Shown: piece by piece, positions 1 to 13,319 of the stretch
Numbering within the stretch: position 1 is the first letter of the stretch
Layout: each line of letters starts with the position of its first letter
From: the human T2T-CHM13v2.0 reference genome, Homo sapiens
Length of the DNA stretch: 64,000 bases
Direction: 5' to 3' (one strand)
Assembly (NCBI RefSeq): GCF_009914755.1
Contig: NC_060937.1
Position numbers and translations under genes: made by a program
Notes under the pieces: model-generated
Database searches by the model: none
Told to the model about the DNA's origin: nothing
What the model saw: only the letters and a program-made list of their open reading frames with translations

Positions 1-3000
1 GTGTACATAAAATATCAAAGTACCCAAACTATACATTATATACTGTACATAAAATATGAAATTACATCAAATATATATTAAAATAGGTACATAAAATATG
101 AAAGTACATCAAATATAAATTATATACTGTACATAAAATACCAAAGAACCCCAAATATATATTATATACTGTAAATGAAATATCAGAGTTCACAAACTAT
201 ATATTATATACTGTATATAAAATATCAAAGTACCCAAGGTATATATTCTGTACTGTATAAAAAATATCAAAGTACCCAAATCATGTATTATATACTGTTC
301 ATAAAATATGAAAGTACATCAAATATGTATTTTATTCTGTACATAAAATATCAAAGTACACCAAATATATATTCTATAGTGTACATAAAATATCAAAGTA
401 CCCAAACTATACATTATATACTGTACATAAAATATGAAATTACATCAAATATATATTATATTAGGTACATAAAATATGAAAGTACATCAAATATAGATTA
501 TATACTGTACATAAAATACCAAAGAACCCCAAATATATATTATATACTGTACATGAAATATCAAAGTTCACAAACTATATATTATATACTGTACATAAAA
601 TATCAAAGTACCGAAAATATATATTCTATACTGTACAAAAAATATCAAAGTACCCAAAGCATGTATTATATACTGTACATAAAATATGAAAGTACATCAA
701 ATATATATTTTATTCTGTACATAAAATATCAAAGTACACCAAATATATATTCTATAGTGTACATAAAATATCAAAGTACCCAAACTATACATTACATACT
801 GTACATAAAATATGAAATTACATCAAATATATATTATATTAGGTACATAAAATATGAAAGTACATCAAATATAAATTATATACAGTACATAAAATACCAA
901 AGAACCCCAAATATATATTATGTACTCTACATGAAATATCAAAGTTCACAAACTATATATTATATACTGTACATAAAACATCAAAGTACCCAAGGTATAT
1001 ATTCTATACTCTACAAAAAATATCAAAGTACCCAAAGCATGTATTATATACTGTACATAAAATATGAAAGTACATCAAATATACATTTAATTCTGTACAT
1101 AAAATATCAAAGTACACCAAATATATATTCTTTAGAGTACATAAAATATCAAAGTACCCAAACTATACATTATATACTGTACATAAAATATGAAATTACA
1201 TCAAATATATATTACATTAGGTACATAAAATATGAAAGTACATCAAATGTAGATTATATACGGTACATAAAATACCAAAGTACACCAAATATATGTTATA
1301 TACTGTACATGCAATATCAAATTTCACAAACTATATATTATATACTGTACATAAAATATCAAAGTACCCAATGTATATATTCTATACTGTACAAAAAATA
1401 TCAAAGTACCCAAAGCATGTATTATATACTGTACATAAAATATGAAAGTACATCAAATATATATTTTATTCTGTACATAAAATATCAAAGTACACTAAAT
1501 ATATATTCTATAGTGTACATAAAATATCAAAGTACCCAAACTATACATTATATACTGTACATAAAATATGAAATTACATCAAATATATATTATATTAGGT
1601 ACATAAAATATGAAAGTACATCAAATATAGATTATATACTGTACATAAAATACCAAAGTACCCCAAATACATATTATATACTGTGCATGAAATATCAAAG
1701 TTCACAAACGATATATTATATACTGTACATAAAATATCAAAGTACCGAAGGTATATATTCTATACTGTACAAAAAATATCAAAGTACCCAAAGCATGTAT
1801 TATATACTCTTCATAAAATATGAAAGTACATCAAATATATATTTTATTCTGTACATAAAATATCAAAGTACACCAAATATATATTCTACAGTGTACATCA
1901 AATATCAAACTACCCAAACTATACATTATATACTGTACATAAAATATGAAATTACATCAAATATATATTATATTAGGTACATAAAATATGAAATTACATC
2001 AAATATATATTATATACTGTACATAAAATACCAAAGTACCCCAAATACATATTATATACTGTACATGCAATATCCAAGTGCACAAACTATATATTATATA
2101 CTGCACATAAAATATCAAAGTAACGAAGCTATATATTCTATACTGTACAAAAAATATCAAAGTACCCAAAGCATGTATTATATACTGTACATAAAATATT
2201 AAAGTACATCAAATATATATTTTATTCTGTACATAAAATATCAAAGTACACCAAATATATATTCTATACTGTACATAAACTATCAAAGTACCCAAACTAT
2301 ACATTATATACTGTACATAAAATATGAAATTACATCAAATATATATTATATTAGGTACATAAAATATGAAAGTACATCAAATATAGATTATATACTGTAC
2401 ATAAAATACCAAAGTACCCCAAATACATATTATATACTGTACAAGAAATATCCAAGTTCATAAACTATATATTATATACTGTACATAAAATATCAAAGTA
2501 CCCAAGGTATATATTCTATACTGTACAAAAATATCAAAGTACCCAAAGCATGTATTATATACTGTACATAAAATATGAAAGTACATCAAATATATATTTT
2601 ATTCTGTACATAAAATATCAAGGTACACCAAATATATATTCTATAGTGTACATAAATTATCAAAGTACCCAAACTATACATTATATCCTGTACATAAAAT
2701 ATGAAATTACATCAAATATATATTATATTAGGTACATAAAATATGAAAGAACATCAAATATAAATTATATACTGTACATAAAATACCAAAGAACCCCAAA
2801 TATATATAGTATACTGTACATGAAATATCAAAGTTCACAAACTATATATTATATACTGTATACAAAATATCAAAGTACCCAAGGTTTATATTCTATACTG
2901 TACAAAAATTATCAAAGTACCCAAAGCATGTATTATATACTCTTCTTAAAATATGAAAGTACATCAAATATATATTTTATTCTGTACATAAAATATCAAA

Positions 3001-3599
3001 GTACACCAAATATATATTCTATAGTGTACATAAAATATCAAAGTACCCAAACTATACATTATATACTGTACATAAAATATGAAATTACATCAAATATATA
3101 TTATATTAGGAACATAAAATATGAAAGTACATGAAATATATATTATATACTGTACATAAAATACCAAAGTACCCCAAATACATATTATATACTGTACATG
3201 AAATATCAAAGTTCACAAACTATCCATTATATACTGTACATAAAATATCAAGGTACCAAAAGTATATATTCTATTCTGTACAACAAATATCAAAGTACCC
3301 AAAGCATGTATTATATACTGTACATAAAATATGAAAGTACATCAAATATATATTTTATTCTGTACATAAAATATCAAAGTACACCAAATATATATTCTAT
3401 AGTGTACATAAAATATCAAATTACCCAAACTATACATTATATACTGTCCTTAAAATATGAAATTAAATCAAATATATATTATATTAGGTACATAAAATAT
3501 GAAAGTACATCAAATATTAATTATATACTGTACATAAAATACCAAAGTACCCCAAATATATATTATATACTGTACATGAAATATAAAAGTTCACAAACT

Positions 3600-6500
3600 A
3601 TATATTATATACTGTACATAAAATATCAAAGTACCCAAGGTGTATATTCTATACTCTACAAAAAATATCAAAGTACCCAAAGCATGTATTATATACTGTA
3701 CATAAAATATGAATGTACATCAAATATATATTTAATTCTGTACATAAAATATCAAAGTACACCAAATATTTATTCTATAGTGTACATAAAATATCAAACT
3801 ACCCAAACTATACATTATATACTGTACATAAAATATGAAATTACATCAAATATATATTATATTATGTACATAAAATATGAAAGTACATCAAATATAGATT
3901 ATATACTGTACATAAAATACCAAAGTACACCAAATATATATTTTATACTGTACATGCAATATCAAAGTTCACAAACTATATATTATATACTGTACATAAA
4001 ATATCAAAGTACCCAAGGTATATATTCTATACTGTGCAAAAAATATCAAAGTACCCAAAGCATGTATTATATAGTGTACATAAAATATGAAAGTACATCA
4101 AATATATATTTTATTCTGTACATAAAATATGAAAGTACACTAAATATATATTCTATAGTGTACATAAAATATCAAAGTACCCAAACTATACATTATATAC
4201 TGTACATAAAATATGAAATTACATCAAATATATATTATATTAGGTACATAAAATATGAAAGCACATCAAATATAGATTATATACTGTACATAAAATACCA
4301 AAGTACCCCAAATACATATTATATACTGTACATGAAATATCAAAGTTCACAAACTATATATTATATACTGTACATAAAATATCAAAGTACCCAAGGTATA
4401 TATTCTATAATGTACATAAAATATCAAAGTACCCAAACTATACATTATATACATTACATAAAATATGAAATTAAATCAAATATATATTATATTATGTACA
4501 TAAAATATGAAAGTACATCAAATATTAATTAAATACTGTACATAAAATACCAAAGAACCCCAAATATATATTATATACTGTACATGAAATATCAATGTTC
4601 ACAAACTATATATTATATACTGTACATAAAATATCAAAGTACTGAAGGTATATATTCTATACTCTACAAAAAATATCAAAGTACCCAAAGCATGTATTAT
4701 ATACTGTTCATAAAATATGAAAGTACATCAAATATATATTTAGTTCTGTACATAAAATATCAAAGTACACCAAATATATATTCTATAGTGTACATAAAAT
4801 ATCAATGTAGCCAAACTATACATTATATACTGTACATAAAATATGAAATTACATCAAATATATATTATATTATGTACATAAAATATGAAACTACATCAAA
4901 TATAGATTATATAATGTACATAAAATACCAAAGTACACCAAATATATATTTTATACTGTACATGCAATATCAAAGTTCACAAACTATATATTATATACTG
5001 TACATAAAATATCAAAGTACCCAAAGTATATATTCTATACTGTGCAAAAAATATCAAAGTACCCAAAGCAAGTATTATATACTGTACATAAAATATGAAA
5101 GTACATCAAATATATATTTTATACTGTACATAAAATATCAAAGTACACCAAATATATATTCTATAGTGTACATAAAATATCAAAGTACCCAAACTATACA
5201 TTATATACTGTCCTTAAAATATGAAATTAAATCAAATATATATTATATTAGGTACATAAAATATGAAAGTACATCAAATATTAATTATATACTGTACATA
5301 AAATACCAAAGTACCCCAAATATGTATTATATACTGTACATGAAATATAAAAGTTCACAAACTATATATTATATACTGTACATAAAATATCAAAGTACCC
5401 AAGGTATATATTCTATACTGTACAAAAAATATCAAAGTACCCAAAGCAAGTATTATATACTGTACATAAAATATGAAAGTACATCAAATATATATTTTAT
5501 TCTGTACATAAAATATCAAAGTACACCAAATATATATTCTATAGTGTACATAAAATATCAAAGTACCCAAACTATACATTATATACTGTACATAAAATAT
5601 GAAATTACATCAAATATATATTATATTAGGTACATAAAATATGAAAGTACATCAAATATTAATTATATACAGTACATAAAATACCAAAGTACCCCAAATA
5701 TATATTATATACTGTACATGAAATATCAAAGTTCACAAACTATATATTATATACTGTACATAAAATATCAAAGTACCCAAGGTGTATATTCTATACTCTA
5801 CAAAAAATATCAAAGTACCCAAAGCATGTATTATATACGGTACATAAAATATGAATGTACATCAAATATATATTTAATTCTGTACATAAAATATCAAAGT
5901 ACACGAAATATTTATTCTATAGTGTACATAAAATATCAAACTACCCAAACTATACATTATATACTGTACATAAAATATGAATTTACATCAAATATATATT
6001 ATATTATGTACATAAAATATGAAAGTACATCAAATATAGATTATATACTGTACATAAAATACCAAAGTACACCAAATATATATTTTATACTGTACATGCA
6101 ATATCAAAGTTCACAAACTATATATTATATACTGTACATAAAATATCAAAGTACCCAAGGTATATATTCTATACTGTGCAAAAAATATCAAAGTACCCAA
6201 AGCATGTATTATATAGTGTACATAAAATATGAAAGTACATCAAATATATATTTTATTCTGTACATAAAATATCAAAGTACACTAAATATATATTCTATAG
6301 TGTACATAAAATATCAAAGTACCCAAACTATACATTATATACTGTACATAAAATATGAAATTACATCAAATATATATTATATTAGGTACATAAAATATGA
6401 AAGTACATCAAATATAGATTATATACTGTACATAAAATACCAAAGTACCCCAAATACATATTATATACTGTACATGAAATATCAAAGTTCACAAACTATA

Positions 6501-7060
6501 TATTATATACTGTACATAAAATATCAAAGTACCCAAGGTATATATTCTATAATGTACATAAAATATCAAAGTACCCAAACTATACATTATATACATTACA
6601 TAAAATATGAAATAAAATCAAATATATATTATATTAGGTACATAAAATATGAAAGTACATCAAATATTAATTATATACTGTACATAAAATACCAAAGAAC
6701 CCCAAATATATATTATATACTGTACATGAAATATCAATGTTCACAAACTATATATTATATACTGTACATAAAATATCAAAGTACTGAAGGTATATATTCT
6801 ATACTCTACAAAAAATATCAAAGTACCCAAAGCATGTATTATATACTGTTCATAAAATATGAAAGTACATCAAATATATATTTAATTCTGTACATAAAAT
6901 ATCAAAGTACACCAAATATATATTCTATAGTGTACATAAAATATCAATGTAGCCAAACTATACATTATATACTGTACATAAAATATGAAATTACATCAAA
7001 TATATATTATATTATGTACATAAAATATGAAACTACATCAAATATAGATTATATACTGTA
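3600..7060 (+). repeat. Duplicated block at 2142-bp offset (about 3600-4915 and about 5742-7057)
   Basis: Rare variants recur exactly 2142 bp apart: GGTGTATATT 3639/5781, ACATTACA 4451/6593, CAATGTTC 4593/6735, and the G of TGTAGCC 4810/6952. Both copies skip m7-m9. Confidence 0.85.
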
Positions 7061-10000
7061 CATAAAATATCAAAGTACCCCAAATACATATTATGTACTG
7101 TACATGAAATATCAAAGTTCACAAACTATATATTATATACTGTACATAAAATATCAAACTACCCAAGGTATATATTCTATACTGTACAAAAAATATCAAA
7201 GTACCCAAAGCATGTATTATATACTGTACATAAAATATGAAAGTACATCAAATAAATATTTTATTCTGTACATAAAATATCAAAGTACACCAAATATATA
7301 TTCTACAGTGTACATAAAATATCAAAGTACCCAAACTATACATTATAAACTGTACATAAAATATGAAATTACATCAAATATATACTATATTATGTATATA
7401 AAATAAGAAAGTACATCAAATATAGATTATATACTGTACATAAAATACCAAAGTACCCCAAATAAATATTTTATACTGTACATGCAATATCAAAGTTCAC
7501 AAACTATATATTATATACTGTACATAAAATATCAAAGTACCGAAGGTATATATTCTATACTGTACAAAAAATATGAAAGTACCCAAAGCATGTATTATAT
7601 ACTGTACATAAAATATGAAAGTACATCAAATATATATTTTATTCTGTACATAAAATATCAAAGTACACCAAATATATATTCTATAGTGTACATAAAATAT
7701 CAAAGTACCCAAACTATACATTATATACTGTACATAAAATATGAAATTACATCAAATATATATTATATTAGGTACATAAAATATGAAAGTACATCAAATA
7801 TAAATTATATACAGTACATAAAATACCAAAGTACCCCAAATATATATTATATACTGTACATGCAATATCAAAGTTCACAAACTATATATCATATACTGTA
7901 CATAAAATATCAAAGTACCCAAGGTATATATTCTATACTGTACAAAAAATATCAAAGTACGCAAAGCATGTATTATATACTGTACATAAAATATGAAAGT
8001 ACATCAAATATATATTTTATTCTGTACATAAAATATCAAAGTACACCAAATATATATTCTATAGTGTACATAAAATATCAAATTACCCAAACTATACATT
8101 ATATACTGTACATAAAATATGAAATTACATCAAATATATATTATATTAGGTACATAAAATATGAAAGTACATCAAATATAGATTATATACTGTACATAAA
8201 ATATCAAAGTACCCCAAATATATATTATATACTGTACATGAAATATCAAAGTTCACAAACTATATATTATATACTGTACATAAAATATCAAAGTACCCAA
8301 GGTATATATTCTATACTGTACAAAAAATATCAAAGTACCCAAAGCATGTATTATATACTGTACATAAAATATGAAAGTACATCAAATAAATATTTTATTC
8401 TGTACATAAAATATCAAAGTACACCAAATATATATTCTATAGTGTACATAAAATATCAAAGTACCCAAACTATGCATTATAAACTGTACATAAAATATGA
8501 AATTACATCAAATATATATTATATTAGGTACATAAAATATGAAAGTACATCAAATATAGATTATATAGTGTACATAAAATACCAAAGTACCCAAATATAT
8601 ATTATATACTGTACATGAAATATCAAAGTTCACAAACTATATATTATATACTGTACATAAAATATCAAGGTACCCAAGGTATATATTCTATACTCTACAA
8701 AAAATGTCAAAGTACCCAAAGCATGTATTATATACGGTACATAAAATATGAAAGTACATCAAATATATATTTAATTCTGTACATAAAATATCAAAGAACA
8801 CCAAATATATATTCTATATTGTACAAAAAATATCAAAGTACCCAAAGCATGTATTATATACTGTACATAAAATATGAAATTACATCAAATATATATTTTA
8901 TTCTGTACATAAAATATCAAAGTACACCAAATATATATTCTATAGTGTACATAAAATATCAAAGTACCCAAACTATACATAATAATCTGTACATAAAATA
9001 TGAAATTACATCAAATATATACTATATTATGTACATAAAATATGAAAGTACATCAAATATAGATTATATGCTGTACATAAAATACCAAAGTACCCCAAAT
9101 ACATATTTTATACTGTACATGCAATATCAAAGTTCACAAACTATATATTATATACTGTACATAAAATATCAAAGTACCAAAAGTATATATTCTATACTGT
9201 ACAAAAAATATCAAAGTACCCAAAGCAAGTAGTATATACTGTACATAAAATATGAAAGTACATCAAATATATATTTTATTCTGTACATAAAATATCAAAT
9301 TACACCAAATATATATTCTATAGTGTACATTAAATATCAAACTACCCAAACTATACATTATATACTGTACATAAAATATGAAATTACATCAAATATATAT
9401 TATATTAGGTACATAAAATATGAAAGAACATCAAATATATATTATATACTGTACATAAAATACCAAAGTACCCCAAATATACATTATATACTGTACATGA
9501 AATATCAAAGTTCACAAACTATATATTATATACTGTACATAAAATATCAAAGTACCAAAGGTATATATTCTATACTCTACAAAAAATATCAAAGTACCCA
9601 AAGCATGTATTATATACTGTACATAAAATATGAAAGTACATCAAATATATATTTTATTCTGTACATAAAATATCAAAGTACACCAAATATATATTCTATA
9701 GTGTACATAAAATATCAAAGTACCCAAACTGTACACTACATACTGTACATAAAATATGAAATTACATCAAATATATATTATATTAGGTACATAAAATATG
9801 AAAGTACATCAAATATATATTATATACTGTACATAAAATACCAAAGTACCCCAAATACATACTATATACTGTACATGAAATATCAAAGTTCACAAACTAT
9901 ATATTATATACTGTACATAAAATATCAAAGTATCAAAGGTGTATATTCTATACTGTACAAAAAATATCAAAGTACCCAAAGCATGTATTATATACTGTAC

Positions 10001-13000
10001 ATAAAATATGAAAGTACATCAAATATATATTTTATTCTGTACATAAAATATCAAAGTACACCAAATATATATTCTACAGTTTACATAAAATATCAAAGTA
10101 CCCAAACTATACATTATATACTGTACATAAAACATGAAATTACATCAAATATATATTATATTAGGTACATAAAATATGAAAGTACATCAAATATAAATTA
10201 TATACTGTACATAAAATACCAAAGTACCCCAAATATATATTATATACTGTACATGCAATATCAAAGTTCACAAACTATATATTATATACTGTACATAAAA
10301 TATCAAAGTACCGAAGGTATATATTCTATACTCTACAAAAAATGTCAAAGTACGCAAAGCATGTATTATATACTGTACATAAAATATGAATGTACATCAA
10401 ATATATATTTTATTCTGTACATAAAATATCAAAATACACCAAATATATATTCTATAGTGTACATAAAATATCAAAGTACCCAAACTATACATAATAATCT
10501 GTACATAAAATATGAAATTACATCAAATATATACTATATTATGTACATAAAATATGAAAGTACATCAAATATAGATTATATACTGTACATAAAATACCAA
10601 AGTACCCCAAATACATATTTTATACTGTACATGCAATATCAAAGTTCACAAACTATATATTATATACTGTACATAAAATATCAAAGTACCGAAAGTATAT
10701 ATTCTATACTGTACAAAAAATATCAAAGTACCCAAAGCATGTATTATATTCTGTACATAAAATATGAAAGTACATCAAATATATATTTTATTCTGTACAT
10801 AAAATATCAAAGTACACCAAATATATATTCTATAGTGTACATAAAATATCAAAGTACCCAAACTGTACACTACATACTGTACATAAAATATGAAATTACA
10901 TCAAATATATATTATATTAGGTACATAAAATATGAAAGTACATCAAATATAGATTATATACTGTACATAAAATACCAAAGTACCCCAAATACATATTATA
11001 TACTGTACATGAAATATCAAAGTTCACAAACTATATATTATATACTGTACATAAAATATCAAAGTACCGAAGGTATATATTCTATACTGTACAAAAAATA
11101 TCAAAGTACCCAAAGCAAGTATTATATACTGTACATAAAATATGAAAGTACATCAAATATATATTTTATTCTGTACATAAAATATCAAAGTACACCAAAT
11201 ATATATTCTATAGTGTACATAAAATATCAAAGTACCCAAACTGTACACTACATACTGTACATAAAATATGAAATTACATCAAATATATATTATATTAGGT
11301 ACATAAAATATGAAAGTACATCAAATATACATTATATACTGTACATAAAATACCAAAGTACCCCAAATATATATTATATACTGTACATGAAATATCAAAT
11401 TTCACAAACTATATATTATATACTGTACATAAAATATCAAAGTACCGAAGCTATATATTCTATACTGTAAAAAAATATCAAAGTACCCAAAGCATGTATT
11501 ATATACTGTACATAAAATATGAAAGTACATCAAATATATATTTTATTCTGTACATAAAATATCAAAGTACACCAAATATATATTCTATAGTGTACATAAA
11601 ATATCAAAGTACCCAAACTATACATTATATACTGTACATAAAATATGAAATTACATCAAATATATATTATATTAGGTACATAAAATATGAAAGTACATCA
11701 AATATAGATTATATACTGTACATAAAATACCAAAGTACCCCAAATACATATTATATACTGTACATGCAATATCAAAGTTCACAAACTATATATTATATAC
11801 TGTACATAAAATATCAAAGTACCCAAGGTATATATTCTATACTGTACAAAAAATATCAAAGTACCCAAAGCATGTATTATATACTGTACATAAAATATGA
11901 AAGTACATCAAATATATATTTTATTCTGTACATAAAATGTAAAAGTACACCAAATATATATTCTATAGTGTACATAAAATATCAAAGTACCCAAACTATA
12001 CATTATATACTGTACATAAAATATGAAATTACATCAAATATATATTATATTAGGTACATAAAATATGAAAGTACATCAAATATAAATTATATACTGTATA
12101 TAAAATACCAAAGAATCCCAAATATATATTATATACTGTACATGAAATATCAAAGTTCACAAACTATATATTATATACTGTATATAAAATATCAAAGTAC
12201 CCAAGGTATATATTCTATACTGTACAAAAAATATCAAAGTACCCAAAGCATGTATTATATACTGTTCATAAAATATGAAAGTACATCAAATATATATTTT
12301 ATTCTGTACATAAAATATCAAAGTACACCAAATATATATTCTATAGTGTACATAAAATATCAAAGTACCCAAACTATACATTATATACTGTACATAAAAT
12401 ATGAAATTACATCAAATATATATTATATTAGGAAAATAAAATATGAAAGTATATGAAATATATATTATATACTGTACATAAAATACCAAAGTACCCCAAA
12501 TACATATTATATACTGTACATGAAATATCAAAGTTCACAAACTATATATTATATACTGTACATAAAATATCAAAGTACCCATGGTACATATTCTATACTG
12601 TACAAAAAATATCAAAGTACCCAAAGCAAGTATTATGTACTGTACATAAAATATGAAAGTACATCAAATATATATTTTATTCTGTACATAAAATATCAAA
12701 GTACACCAAATATATATTCTATAGTTTACATAAAATATCAAAGTACCCAAACTATACATTATATACTGTACGTAAAATATGAAATTACATCAAATATATA
12801 TTATATTAGGTACATAAAATATGAAAGTACATCAAATATAAATTTTATACTGCACATAAAATGCCAAAGTACCCCAAATATATATTATATACTGTACATG
12901 CAATATCAAAGTTCACAAACTATATATTATATACTGTACATAAAATATCAAAGTACCGAAGGTATATATTCTATACTGTACAAAAAATATCAAAGTACGC

Positions 13001-13319
13001 AAAGCATGTATTATATACTGTACATAAAATATGAAAGTACATCAAATATATATTACATTAGGTACATAAAATATGAAAGTATATCAAATATAAATTATAT
13101 ACTGTACATAAAATACCAAAGAACCCCAAATATATACTATATACTGTACATGAAATATCAAAGTTCACAAACTATATATTATATACTGTACATAAAATGT
13201 CAAAGTACTGAAGGTATATATTCTATACTGTACAAAAAATATCAAAGTACCCAAAGCAAGTATTATATACTGTACATAAAATATGAAAGTACATCAAATA
13301 TGTATTTTATTCTGTACAC

